From the human T2T-CHM13v2.0 reference genome, Homo sapiens, in assembly GCF_009914755.1 (NCBI RefSeq), contig NC_060948.1: 64,000 nt of DNA. One strand, written 5' to 3'. The notes below the pieces were generated by a model. It was not told the origin of the DNA, did not search any database, and saw only the letters and a list, made by a program, of their open reading frames with translations. How positions within the stretch are numbered: position 1 is the stretch's first letter; every line of letters starts with the position of its first letter. Shown here one piece after another: positions 42,101 to 57,100 of the stretch. A program made the translations under genes and the position numbers.

Positions 42101-45100
42101 GTGTTTCCAAACTGCTCAATCAAGAGGAAGTTTCAAGTCTGTGAGCTGAACGCACACATCACAAAGTAGTTTCTGAGAATGCTTCTGTGTAGTTTTTATG
42201 TGAAGATGTTTCCTTTTCCACCATAGGCTGCAAAGGGCTCCAAATATCCACTTGCAGATTCTACAAAAAGAGAGTTTCAAAAGTGCTCTATCAAAAGATA
42301 GGTTCAACTATGTGATATGAATGCACACATCACAAAGTAGTTTCTCAGAATGCTTCTGTGTAGTTTTTATGTAAAGATATTTCCTTTTCCACCATAGGCC
42401 TCAAAGCACTCCAAATATCCACTTGCAGATTCTACAAAAAGAGATTTTCAAAACTATTTAATCAAAAGAAAGGTTCAAATCTGTCAGTTGAAGGTACATA
42501 TCACAAACAAGTTTATTGGAATGCTTCTGTGTAGTTTTTATGTGAAGATATTTCCTTTTCCACAACAGGCCTCCAGGTGCTCCAAATATCCACTTGCAGA
42601 TTTCACTAAAAGTGTGTTTCCAAGCTGCTCAATCAAGAGGAAGTTTCAAGTCTGTGAGGTGAATGCACACATTACAAAGAAGTTACTGAGAATGCTTCTG
42701 TGTAGTTTTTATGTGAAGATATTTCCTTTTCCACCGCAGGCCTCAAAGCGCTGCAAATATCCACTTGCAGATTCTACAAAAAGAGAGTTTCAAAACTGCT
42801 GTATCAAAAGATAGGGTCAACTCTGCGAGTTGAATAAACACATCACAAATAAGTTTCTGGGAACGCTTCTGTATAGTTTTATGTGAATATATTTCCTTTT
42901 CCACCATATGCCTCAAAGCACTCCAAATATCCACTTGCACATTATAGAAACATAGTCTTTCAAAACTTGTCAATCAAAGAAAGGTTCAACTCCGTGAGAT
43001 GAGTGCACACATCACAGAGAAGTTTCTCGGAATGTTTCTGTGTAGTTTTTATGTGAAGATATTGCCTTTTCCACAATAGGCCTCAAAGCGTTCCAAATAT
43101 CCAATTGCAGATTCCACAAAAAAAGTTTTTTAAAACTGCTCAATCAAATGATAGATTAAACTCTGTGAGATTAGTGCACACATGTCAAAAAAGTTTCTCA
43201 GAATGCTTCTGTGTACTTTTTAGGGGAAGATATTTCCTTTTCCACCATCGGCCACAAAGGACTCCAAATAACCACATGCAGATTCTAGTAACACAGAGTT
43301 TCAAAACTGCTCTATCAAAAGATAAGTTCAACTCTGAGAGTTTAGTGCAACCATCGTGAAGAAGTTTCTCAGAATGCTTCTGAGTAGTGTTTATGTGAAG
43401 ATATTTCCTTTTCCACCATAGGCCTGAAAGCCCTCCAAATATCCACTTGCAGATCCTACAAAAAGAAAGTTTCGAAATGCTCTCTCAAACGATAGTTTCG
43501 ACTCTGTGGTATGAATACACACATCACAAAGAAGTTTCTCAGAATGCTTCTGTGTAGTTTTTAAATGAAGATATTTCTTTTTCCACCATAGGCCTCAAAG
43601 CACTCCAAATATGCACTTCCAGATTCTACAAAAAGAGTGTTTCAGAACTGCTCAATCAAAAGGAAGGTTCCAGTCTGAGACAAATACACACATCAAAAGG
43701 TAGTTTCTCAGAATGCTTCTGTGTAGTTTTTATGTGAAGATATTTTCCTTTCCACCATAGGCCACAAATGGCTCTAAATACCCACTTACATTTTCCACAA
43801 AAAGAGAGTTTCAAAACTGCTCTACCAAAGGTAAGTTTAACGCTGTGAGTTAAGAACATCACAAAGAAGTTTCTCAGAATGCTTCTGTGTAGTTCTTACG
43901 TAAAGATATTTCCTTTTACACAATAGGCAGAAAAGTGCTCCAAATATCCACTTGAAGATTCTACAAAAACCGTGTTTCAAAACTGCCGAATCAAAAGAAA
44001 GGTTCAACTCTGTGAGATGAATGCACACATAACAAAGGAGTTTCTCAGAATGCTTCTGTGTAGCTTTTATATGAAGACATTTAGTTTTCCACAACAGGCC
44101 TCAAAGCTCTCTCCATATCCACTTGCAGATTCTACCGAAAGAGTGCTTCCAAACTGCTCAATCAAAAGAGACATTCAAATCTGTGAGGTGAATGCAGACA
44201 TCGTAAAGAAGTTTCTCAGAATGCTTCTGTGTATTTTTTGTGTGAAGTTATTCGTTTTTGCACCATAGGCCTCCAAGCGTTCTAAATATCCACTTCTAGA
44301 TTCTACAAAAAGAGAGTTTCAAAACTACTCAAACAAAAGGTTCAATTCTGTGAGTTGAAAGCAAACATCACAAAGAAGTTTCTCAGAATGCGTCTGTGTA
44401 GTTTTGATGTGAAGATATTTCCTTTTCACAGTAGAATGCAAAGGGCTCCAAATATCCACTTGGAGATTCTACAAAAAGAGTTTCAAAACCGCTCTGTCAA
44501 ATGATAGGTTGAACTCCCGGAGGTGAATACACACATCACAAAGAGGTTTCTCAGCATGCTTCTGTGTAGTTTTTATGTAAACATATTTCCGTTTCTATCA
44601 TAGGCCTCAAAGTGCTCCAAATATTCACTTGTACATTCTACCAAACGAGTATTTCAAAACTGCTCAATCAAATGGAAGGTTCAAAACCGTGACATGAATG
44701 CCCACATCACAAAGTAGTTTCTCAGAATGCTTCTGTGTAGTTTTTATGTGAAGATATTTCCTTTTCCACAACAGCGTGCAAAACGCTTCAAATATGCCCT
44801 TAGAGATTCCACAAAAAGAGTGTTTCCAAACTACTCAAATCAAAAAATGATTTCAACTCTGTGAGATGAATGCACACATCACAAACTAGTTTCTCAGAAT
44901 GTTTCTGCCTGGTTCTCATGCGAAGATAGTTCCTTTTTCACCATAGGCCGCAATGTACTCCAAATATCCACCTGCAGATTCTACAAAAGTGAGTTTCAAA
45001 ACTGCTCTATCAAAAGATCAGTTCGTCTCTGTGAGTTGAATGCATACATCAAAAAGAAGCTTCTCAAAATGCTTCTGTGTGGTTTTTCGGTGAAGATAGT

Positions 45101-48100
45101 TCTTTTTCTACCATAGGTCTCAAACCACTCCAAATATCCACTTGTAGATTCTATAAAAAGGAATGTTCAAAATTGCTCAATAAAAATAAAGTTTCAACAC
45201 CGTGAGATGAGTGCACAAATCACAAAGGAGTTTCTCAAAATGCTTCTGGGTAGTTTTTCTGTGAAGATAGTTCCTTTTCTACCATGGGCCACAAAGGGCT
45301 CCAAATACCCACTTGCAGATTCTACAAAAAGAGAGTTTCACAACTGCTCTATCAAACAATATGTTCAACTTTGTGGGTTGAACACAAATATCACAAGAAT
45401 TTTCTCCCAATGCTTCTGTGTAGTTTTTATGTGAAGACATTTCTTTTCCCTCCATAGTCCACAAAGTGCTCCAAATATCCACTTACATATTCTAGAAAAA
45501 GATTGCTTGGAAACTGCACAATGAAAAGAAAGGTTCAAATATATGAGATGAATGCACACATCACAAAGAAGTTTCTCAGAATCTCTCTGTGTAATTTTTA
45601 TGTGAAGATATTTCCTTTCCCACCTTAGGTCTTAAAACGCTCCAAATATCCACTTGCAGATACTACAAGAAGATTGTTTCAAAACTGCACAAAAAAAGAA
45701 ATGTTCAATTCTGTTTGATGAATGCACACATCACAAAGAAGTTTCTCAGAATGCTTCTCTGTAGTTTTTATGTGAAGATATTTCCTTTTCCACAATAGGC
45801 CTCAAAGGGCTCCAAATATCCACTTCCAGATTCTATGAAAAGAATATTTCCAAACTGCTCAATCATAGGAAATGTTCAACTCTGTGAGATGAATGCACAC
45901 ATCACAAGAAATTTCTCAGAATCCTTCAGTGTAGGTTTTATGAGAAGATAATTCCTTTTCCACAATAGTTCTCAAAGCACTCAAAATATCCACTTGCAGA
46001 TTCTACAAAAGGAGTATTTCAAAACTGCTCAATCAAAAGAAAGGTTCAACTCTGTGAGATGAATGGACACATCACAAAGAAGTTTCTCAGAATGCTTCTG
46101 TGTAGTATTTTTGTGAAGATATTTCTTTTCCACCATAGACCGCCAGGGGACACAAATATCCACTTTCAGATTCTACAACAAGAGAGGTTCAAAACTACTC
46201 GATCAAGAGATGGTTTCAACTATGTGAGTTGAATGCACACATCACAAAGAACTATGTCGGAATTCTTCTGTGTAGTTTTTATGTGAAGATATTTCCTTTT
46301 CCACAATAGACGTCAAAGTGATCCAGATATCCACTTGCAGATTCCACAAAAAGAGTGTTTCAAAAGTGCACAACCAAAAGAAAGGTTCAACTAGGTGAGA
46401 TGAATGCACACATCAGAAGGAAGTTTCTCAGAATGCTTCTGCATAGCTTTTAAGGGAAGATACTTCCTTTTCCAACATAGGCCTCAAAGCACTCCAAATA
46501 TCCTCCTGGAGATACCACAAAAAGAGTGTTTGCAAACTGCTCAATCAAAAGAAAGATTTAACTCTGTGAGATGAATCCACACATGACAAAGAAGTTTCTC
46601 AGAATGCTTCTGTGTAGTTTTTATGTGAAGATATTTCCTTTTCCACAATAAGACCCAAAAGGCTCCAAATATTCACTTGCAGATTCTAAAAAAAACAGTG
46701 TTTCAAAACTGCTCAATCAAAAGATAGTTCAACTCTGTGAGAAGAATGCTCACATCACTGAGAAGTTTCTCAGAATGCTTCTGTGTAGTTTTTATATGAA
46801 GATATTTCCTTTCCCACCGTAGGCCACAAAAGGCTTCAAATATCCACTTGCAGATACTATGAAAAGAGAGTTTCAAAACTGCTCATTCAAAAGATAGGTT
46901 CAACTCTGTGGTTTGAATGCACACAGCACAAAGAAGTTTCACAGAATGTGTCTGTGTAGTTTTTATGTGCGGATGTTTCCTTTTCCACCATATGCCTAAA
47001 TATTTCCCAATTTCCACTTGCAGATTCCACAAGAAGAGTGTTTCAAAACTGCTGTATCAAATAAAGTTGAACTCTGTGAGGTGAATGCACACAGCACAAA
47101 ATGGTTTCTCAGAATGCTTCCTTGTTGTTTTTATATGAAGATGTTTCCTTTTCAACAATAGGCCTCAAAGTGCTTCAAATGTCCACTTGCAGATTCTACA
47201 AAAAGAGTGTTTCAAAACTGCTCAATCAAAAGAAAGGTTCGACTCTGGGAAATTAATGCACACATCACAAAGAAGTTTCTCAGCTTCTGTGTAGTTTTCA
47301 TGTGAAGTTATTTCCTTTTCCACAATAGGCCGCAAAGGGCTCCAAATATCAACTTACAGATTCTAGGAAAAGAGAGTTTCAAAACTGCTCTACGAAAAGA
47401 TAGGTTGAACTCTGTGAGATGAATGCACACATCACAAAGAAGTTTCTCAGAATGCATCTGTGTAGTTTTTACGGGAAGATATTTCCTTTTCCACCATCTT
47501 CCACAGAGGTCTCCAAGTAACCACTTGCAGATTCTACAGAAAGACACTTTAAAAACTGCTCTATCAAAAGATCAGTTCAAGTCTGTGGTTTGAATGCACA
47601 CATCACAAAGAATTTTCTCAGAATGCTTCTGTGTAGTTTTCATATGAAGATATTTCCTTTTCCACCATAGGCCTCAAAGCACTCCAAATATCCACTTGCA
47701 GATTCTACAAAAAGAGATTTTCAAAACTAGTCAATCAAAAGAAAGGTTCAACTCTGTCAGTTGAATGCACATATCACAAACAAGTTTCTCGGAATGCGTC
47801 TGTGTAGTTTTTATGTGAAGATATTTCCTTCTCCACAACAGGCCTCAAAGTGCTCCGAATATCCACTTGCAGATTTTACTAAAGAGTGTTTCCAAACTGC
47901 TCAATCAAGAGGAAGTTTCAAGTCTGTGAGCTGAACGCACACATCACAAAGTAGTTTCTGAGAATGCTTCTGTGTAGTTTTTATGTGAAGATGTTTCCTT
48001 TTCCACCATAGGCTGCAAAGGGCTCCAAATATCCACTTGCAGATTCTACAAAAAGAGAGTTTCAAAAGTGCTCTATCAAAAGATAGGTTCAACTATGTGA

Positions 48101-51100
48101 TATGAATGCACACATCACAAAGTAGTTTCTCAGAATGCTTCTGTGTAGTTTTTATGTAAAGATATTTCCTTTTCCACCATAGGCCTCAAAGCACTCCAAA
48201 TATCCACTTGCAGATTCTACAAAAAGAGATTTTCAAAACTATTTAATCAAAAGAAAGGTTCAAATCTGTCAGTTGAAGGTACATATCACAAACAAGTTTA
48301 TTGGAATGCTTCTGTGTAGTTTTTATGTGAAGATATTTCCTTTTCCACAACAGGCCTCAAGGTGCTCCAAATATCCACTTGCAGATTTCACTAAAAGTGT
48401 GTTTCCAAGCTGCTCAATCAAGAGGAAGTTTCAAGTCTGTGAGGTGAATGCACACATTACAAAGAAGTTACTGAGAATGCTTCTGTGTAGTTTTTATGTG
48501 AAGATATTTCCTTTTCCACCGCAGGCCTCAAAGCGCTGCAAATATCCACTTGCAGATTCTACAAAAAGAGAGTTTCAAAACTGCTGTATCAAAAGATAGG
48601 GTCAACTCTGCGAGTTGAATAAGCACATCACAAATAAGTTTCTGGGAACGCTTCTGTATAGTTTTATGTGAATATATTTCCTTTTCCACCATATGCCTCA
48701 AAGCACTCCAAATATCCACTTGCACATTATAGAAACATAGTCTTTCAAAACTTGTCAATCAAAGAAAGGTTCAACTCCGTGAGATGAGTGCACACATCAC
48801 AGAGAAGTTTCTCGGAATGTTTCTGTGTAGTTTTTATGTGAAGATATTGCCTTTTCCACAATAGGCCTCAAAGCGTTCCAAATATCCAATTGCAGATTCC
48901 ACAAAAAAAGTTTTTTAAAACTGCTCAATCAAATGATAGATTAAACTCTGTGAGATTAGTGCACACATGTCAAAAAAGTTTCTCAGAATGCTTCTGTGTA
49001 CTTTTTAGGGGAAGATATTTCCTTTTCCACCATCGGCCACAAAGGACTCCAAATAACCACATGCAGATTCTAGTAACACAGAGTTTCAAAACTGCTCTAT
49101 CAAAAGATAAGTTCAACTCTGAGAGTTTAGTGCAACCATCGTGAAGAAGTTTCTCAGAATGCTTCTGAGTAGTGTTTATGTGAAGATATTTCCTTTTCCA
49201 CCATAGGCCTGAAAGCCCTCCAAATATCCACTTGCAGATCCTACAAAAAGAAAGTTTCGAAATGCTCTCTCAAACGATAGTTTCGACTCTGTGGTATGAA
49301 TACACACATCACAAAGAAGTTTCTCAGAATGCTTCTGTGTAGTTTTTAAATGAAGATATTTCTTTTTCCACCATAGGCCTCAAAGCACTCCAAATATGCA
49401 CTTCCAGATTCTACAAAAAGAGTGTTTCAGAACTGCTCAATCAAAAGGAAGGTTCCAGTCTGAGACAAATACACACATCAAAAGGTAGTTTCTCAGAATG
49501 CTTCTGTGTAGTTTTTATGTGAAGATATTTTCCTTTCCACCATAGGCCACAAATGGCTCTAAATACCCACTTACATTTTCCACAAAAAGAGAGTTTCAAA
49601 ACTGCTCTACCAAAGGTAAGTTTAACGCTGTGAGTTAAGAACATCACAAAGAAGTTTCTCAGAATGCTTCTGTGTAGTTCTTACGTAAAGATATTTCCTT
49701 TTACACAATAGGCAGAAAAGTGCTCCAAATATCCACTTGAAGATTCTACAGAAACCGTGTTTCAAAACTGCCGAATCAAAAGAAAGGTTCAACTCTGTGA
49801 GATGAATGCACACATAACAAAGGAGTTTCTCAGAATGCTTCTGTGTAGCTTTTATATGAAGACATTTAGTTTTCCACAACAGGCCTCAAAGCTCTCTCCA
49901 TATCCACTTGCAGATTCTACCGAAAGAGTGCTTCCAAACTGCTCAATCAAAAGAGACATTCAAATCTGTGAGGTGAATGCAGACATCGTAAAGAAGTTTC
50001 TCAGAATGCTTCTGTGTATTTTTTGTGTGAAGTTATTCGTTTTTGCACCATAGGCCTCCAAGCGTTCTAAATATCCACTTCTAGATTCTACAAAAAGAGA
50101 GTTTCAAAACTACTCAAACAAAAGGTTCAATTCTGTGAGTTGAAAGCAAACATCACAAAGAAGTTTCTCAGAATGCGTCTGTGTAGTTTTGATGTGAAGA
50201 TATTTCCTTTTCACAGTAGAATGCAAAGGGCTCCAAATATCCACTTGGAGATTCTACAAAAAGAGTTTCAAAACCGCTCTGTCAAATGATAGGTTGAACT
50301 CCCGGAGGTGAATACACACATCACAAAGAGGTTTCTCAGCATGCTTCTGTGTAGTTTTTATGTAAACATATTTCCGTTTCTATCATAGGCCTCAAAGTGC
50401 TCCAAATATTCACTTGTACATTCTACCAAACGAGTATTTCAAAACTGCTCAATCAAATGGAAGGTTCAAAACCGTGACATGAATGCCCACATCACAAAGT
50501 AGTTTCTCAGAATGCTTCTGTGTAGTTTTTATGTGAAGATATTTCCTTTTCCACAACAGCGTGCAAAACGCTTCAAATATGCCCTTAGAGATTCCACAAA
50601 AAGAGTGTTTCCAAACTACTCAAATCAAAAAATGATTTCAACTCTGTGAGATGAATGCACACATCACAAACTAGTTTCTCAGAATGTTTCTGCCTGGTTC
50701 TCATGCGAAGATAGTTCCTTTTTCACCATAGGCCGCAATGTACTCCAAATATCCACCTGCAGATTCTACAAAAGTGAGTTTCAAAACTGCTCTATCAAAA
50801 GATCAGTTCGTCTCTGTGAGTTGAATGCATACATCAAAAAGAAGCTTCTCAAAATGCTTCTGTGTGGTTTTTCGGTGAAGATAGTTCTTTTTCTACCATA
50901 GGTCTCAAACCACTCCAAATATCCACTTGTAGATTCTATAAAAAGGAATGTTCAAAATTGCTCAATAAAAATAAAGTTTCAACACCGTGAGATGAGTGCA
51001 CAAATCACAAAGGAGTTTCTCAAAATGCTTCTGGGTAGTTTTTCTGTGAAGATAGTTCCTTTTCTACCATGGGCCACAAAGGGCTCCAAATACCCACTTG

Positions 51101-54100
51101 CAGATTCTACAAAAAGAGAGTTTCACAACTGCTCTATCAAACAATATGTTCAACTTTGTGGGTTGAACACAAATATCACAAGAATTTTCTCCCAATGCTT
51201 CTGTGTAGTTTTTATGTGAAGACATTTCTTTTCCCTCCATAGTCCACAAAGTGCTCCAAATATCCACTTACATATTCTAGAAAAAGATTGCTTGGAAACT
51301 GCACAATGAAAAGAAAGGTTCAAATATATGAGATGAATGCACACATCACAAAGAAGTTTCTCAGAATCTCTCTGTGTAATTTTTATGTGAAGATATTTCC
51401 TTTCCCACCTTAGGTCTTAAAACGCTCCAAATATCCACTTGCAGATACTACAAGAAGATTGTTTCAAAACTGCACAAAAAAAGAAATGTTCAATTCTGTT
51501 TGATGAATGCACACATCACAAAGAAGTTTCTCAGAATGCTTCTCTGTAGTTTTTATGTGAAGATATTTCCTTTTCCACAATAGGCCTCAAAGGGCTCCAA
51601 ATATCCACTTCCAGATTCTATGAAAAGAATATTTCCAAACTGCTCAATCATAGGAAATGTTCAACTCTGTGAGATGAATGCACACATCACAAGAAATTTC
51701 TCAGAATCCTTCAGTGTAGGTTTTATGAGAAGATAATTCCTTTTCCACAATAGTTCTCAAAGCACTCAAAATATCCACTTGCAGATTCTACAAAAGGAGT
51801 ATTTCAAAACTGCTCAATCAAAAGAAAGGTTCAACTCTGTGAGATGAATGGACACATCACAAAGAAGTTTCTCAGAATGCTTCTGTGTAGTATTTTTGTG
51901 AAGATATTTCTTTTCCACCATAGACCGCCAGGGGACACAAATATCCACTTTCAGATTCTACAACAAGAGAGGTTCAAAACTACTCGATCAAGAGATGGTT
52001 TCAACTATGTGAGTTGAATGCACACATCACAAAGAACTATGTCGGAATTCTTCTGTGTAGTTTTTATGTGAAGATATTTCCTTTTCCACAATAGACGTCA
52101 AAGTGATCCAGATATCCACTTGCAGATTCCACAAAAAGAGTGTTTCAAAAGTGCACAACCAAAAGAAAGGTTCAACTAGGTGAGATGAATGCACACATCA
52201 GAAGGAAGTTTCTCAGAATGCTTCTGCATAGCTTTTAAGGGAAGATACTTCCTTTTCCAACATAGGCCTCAAAGCACTCCAAATATCCTCCTGGAGATAC
52301 CACAAAAAGAGTGTTTGCAAACTGCTCAATCAAAAGAAAGATTTAACTCTGTGAGATGAATCCACACATGACAAAGAAGTTTCTCAGAATGCTTCTGTGT
52401 AGTTTTTATGTGAAGATATTTCCTTTTCCACAATAAGACCCAAAAGGCTCCAAATATTCACTTGCAGATTCTAAAAAAAACAGTGTTTCAAAACTGCTCA
52501 ATCAAAAGATAGTTCAACTCTGTGAGAAGAATGCTCACATCACTGAGAAGTTTCTCAGAATGCTTCTGTGTAGTTTTTATATGAAGATATTTCCTTTCCC
52601 ACCGTAGGCCACAAAAGGCTCCAAATATCCACTTGCAGATACTATGAAAAGAGAGTTTCAAAACTGCTCATTCAAAAGATAGGTTCAACTCTGTGGTTTG
52701 AATGCACACAGCACAAAGAAGTTTCACAGAATGTGTCTGTGTAGTTTTTATGTGCGGATGTTTCCTTTTCCACCATATGCCTAAATATTTCCCAATTTCC
52801 ACTTGCAGATTCCACAAGAAGAGTGTTTCAAAACTGCTGTATCAAATAAAGTTGAACTCTGTGAGGTGAATGCACACAGCACAAAATGGTTTCTCAGAAT
52901 GCTTCCTTGTTGTTTTTATATGAAGATGTTTCCTTTTCAACAATAGGCCTCAAAGTGCTTCAAATGTCCACTTGCAGATTCTACAAAAAGAGTGTTTCAA
53001 AACTGCTCAATCAAAAGAAAGGTTCGACTCTGGGAAATTAATGCACACATCACAAAGAAGTTTCTCAGCTTCTGTGTAGTTTTCATGTGAAGTTATTTCC
53101 TTTTCCACAATAGGCCGCAAAGGGCTCCAAATATCAACTTACAGATTCTAGGAAAAGAGAGTTTCAAAACTGCTCTACGAAAAGATAGGTTGAACTCTGT
53201 GAGATGAATGCACACATCACAAAGAAGTTTCTCAGAATGCATCTGTGTAGTTTTTACGGGAAGACATTTCCTTTTCCACCATCTTCCACAAAGGTCTCCA
53301 AGTAACCACTTGCAGATTCTACAGAAAGACACTTTAAAAACTGCTCTATCAAAAGATCAGTTCAAGTCTGTGGTTTGAATGCACACATCACAAAGAATTT
53401 TCTCAGAATGCTTCTGTGTAGTTTTCATATGAAGATATTTCCTTTTCCACCATAGGCCTCAAAGCACTCCAAATATCCACTTGCAGATTCTACAAAAAGA
53501 GATTTTCAAAACTAGTCAATCAAAAGAAAGGTTCAACTCTGTCAGTTGAATGCACATATCACAAACAAGTTTCTCGGAATGCGTCTGTGTAGTTTTTATG
53601 TGAAGATATTTCCTTCTCCACAACAGGCCTCAAAGTGCTCCGAATATCCACTTGCAGATTTTACTAAAGAGTGTTTCCAAACTGCTCAATCAAGAGGAAG
53701 TTTCAAGTCTGTGAGCTGAACGCACACATCACAAAGTAGTTTCTGAGAATGCTTCTGTGTAGTTTTTATGTGAAGATGTTTCCTTTTCCACCATAGGCTG
53801 CAAAGGGCTCCAAATATCCACTTGCAGATTCTACAAAAAGAGAGTTTCAAAAGTGCTCTATCAAAAGATAGGTTCAACTATGTGATATGAATGCACACAT
53901 CACAAAGTAGTTTCTCAGAATGCTTCTGTGTAGTTTTTATGTAAAGATATTTCCTTTTCCACCATAGGCCTCAAAGCACTCCAAATATCCACTTGCAGAT
54001 TCTACAAAAAGAGATTTTCAAAACTATTTAATCAAAAGAAAGGTTCAAATCTGTCAGTTGAAGGTACATATCACAAACAAGTTTATTGGAATGCTTCTGT

Positions 54101-57100
54101 GTAGTTTTTATGTGAAGATATTTCCTTTTCCACAACAGGCCTCAAGGTGCTCCAAATATCCACTTGCAGATTTCACTAAAAGTGTGTTTCCAAGCTGCTC
54201 AATCAAGAGGAAGTTTCAAGTCTGTGAGGTGAATGCACACATTACAAAGAAGTTACTGAGAATGCTTCTGTGTAGTTTTTATGTGAAGATATTTCCTTTT
54301 CCACCGCAGGCCTCAAAGCGCTGCAAATATCCACTTGCAGATTCTACAAAAAGAGAGTTTCAAAACTGCTGTATCAAAAGATAGGGTCAACTCTGCGAGT
54401 TGAATAAACACATCACAAATAAGTTCCTGGGAACGCTTCTGTATAGTTTTATGTGAATATATTTCCTTTTCCACCATATGCCTCAAAGCACTCCAAATAT
54501 CCACTTGCACATTATAGAAACATAGTCTTTCAAAACTTGTCAATCAAAGAAAGGTTCAACTCCGTGAGATGAGTGCACACATCACAGAGAAGTTTCTCGG
54601 AATGTTTCTGTGTAGTTTTTATGTGAAGATATTGCCTTTTCCACAATAGGCCTCAAAGCGTTCCAAATATCCAATTGCAGATTCCACAAAAAAAGTTTTT
54701 TAAAACTGCTCAATCAAATGATAGATTAAACTCTGTGAGATTAGTGCACACATGTCAAAAAAGTTTCTCAGAATGCTTCTGTGTACTTTTTAGGGGAAGA
54801 TATTTCCTTTTCCACCATCGGCCACAAAGGACTCCAAATAACCACATGCAGATTCTAGTAACACAGAGTTTCAAAACTGCTCTATCAAAAGATAAGTTCA
54901 ACTCTGAGAGTTTAGTGCAACCATCGTGAAGAAGTTTCTCAGAATGCTTCTGAGTAGTGTTTATGTGAAGATATTTCCTTTTCCACCATAGGCCTGAAAG
55001 CCCTCCAAATATCCACTTGCAGATCCTACAAAAAGAAAGTTTCGAAATGCTCTCTCAAACGATAGTTTCGACTCTGTGGTATGAATACACACATCACAAA
55101 GAAGTTTCTCAGAATGCTTCTGTGTAGTTTTTAAATGAAGATATTTCTTTTTCCACCATAGGCCTCAAAGCACTCCAAATATGCACTTCCAGATTCTACA
55201 AAAAGAGTGTTTCAGAACTGCTCAATCAAAAGGAAGGTTCCAGTCTGAGACAAATACACACATCAAAAGGTAGTTTCTCAGAATGCTTCTGTGTAGTTTT
55301 TATGTGAAGATATTTTCCTTTCCACCATAGGCCACAAATGGCTCTAAATACCCACTTACATTTTCCACAAAAAGAGAGTTTCAAAACTGCTCTACCAAAG
55401 GTAAGTTTAACGCTGTGAGTTAAGAACATCACAAAGAAGTTTCTCAGAATGCTTCTGTGTAGTTCTTACGTAAAGATATTTCCTTTTACACAATAGGCAG
55501 AAAAGTGCTCCAAATATCCACTTGAAGATTCTACAAAAACCGTGTTTCAAAACTGCCGAATCAAAAGAAAGGTTCAACTCTGTGAGATGAATGCACACAT
55601 AACAAAGGAGTTTCTCAGAATGCTTCTGTGTAGCTTTTATATGAAGACATTTAGTTTTCCACAACAGGCCTCAAAGCTCTCTCCATATCCACTTGCAGAT
55701 TCTACCGAAAGAGTGCTTCCAAACTGCTCAATCAAAAGAGACATTCAAATCTGTGAGGTGAATGCAGACATCGTAAAGAAGTTTCTCAGAATGCTTCTGT
55801 GTATTTTTTGTGTGAAGTTATTCGTTTTTGCACCATAGGCCTCCAAGCGTTCTAAATATCCACTTCTAGATTCTACAAAAAGAGAGTTTCAAAACTACTC
55901 AAACAAAAGGTTCAATTCTGTGAGTTGAAAGCAAACATCACAAAGAAGTTTCTCAGAATGCGTCTGTGTAGTTTTGATGTGAAGATATTTCCTTTTCACA
56001 GTAGAATGCAAAGGGCTCCAAATATCCACTTGGAGATTCTACAAAAAGAGTTTCAAAACCGCTCTGTCAAATGATAGGTTGAACTCCCGGAGGTGAATAC
56101 ACACATCACAAAGAGGTTTCTCAGCATGCTTCTGTGTAGTTTTTATGTAAACATATTTCCGTTTCTATCATAGGCCTCAAAGTGCTCCAAATATTCACTT
56201 GTACATTCTACCAAACGAGTATTTCAAAACTGCTCAATCAAATGGAAGGTTCAAAACCGTGACATGAATGCCCACATCACAAAGTAGTTTCTCAGAATGC
56301 TTCTGTGTAGTTTTTATGTGAAGATATTTCCTTTTCCACAACAGCGTGCAAAACGCTTCAAATATGCCCTTAGAGATTCCACAAAAAGAGTGTTTCCAAA
56401 CTACTCAAATCAAAAAATGATTTCAACTCTGTGAGATGAATGCACACATCACAAACTAGTTTCTCAGAATGTTTCTGCCTGGTTCTCATGCGAAGATAGT
56501 TCCTTTTTCACCATAGGCCGCAATGTACTCCAAATATCCACCTGCAGATTCTACAAAAGTGAGTTTCAAAACTGCTCTATCAAAAGATCAGTTCGTCTCT
56601 GTGAGTTGAATGCATACATCAAAAAGAAGCTTCTCAAAATGCTTCTGTGTGGTTTTTCGGTGAAGATAGTTCTTTTTCTACCATAGGTCTCAAACCACTC
56701 CAAATATCCACTTGTAGATTCTATAAAAAGGAATGTTCAAAATTGCTCAATAAAAATAAAGTTTCAACACCGTGAGATGAGTGCACAAATCACAAAGGAG
56801 TTTCTCAAAATGCTTCTGGGTAGTTTTTCTGTGAAGATAGTTCCTTTTCTACCATGGGCCACAAAGGGCTCCAAATACCCACTTGCAGATTCTACAAAAA
56901 GAGAGTTTCACAACTGCTCTATCAAACAATATGTTCAACTTTGTGGGTTGAACACAAATATCACAAGAATTTTCTCCCAATGCTTCTGTGTAGTTTTTAT
57001 GTGAAGACATTTCTTTTCCCTCCATAGTCCACAAAGTGCTCCAAATATCCACTTACATATTCTAGAAAAAGATTGCTTGGAAACTGCACAATGAAAAGAA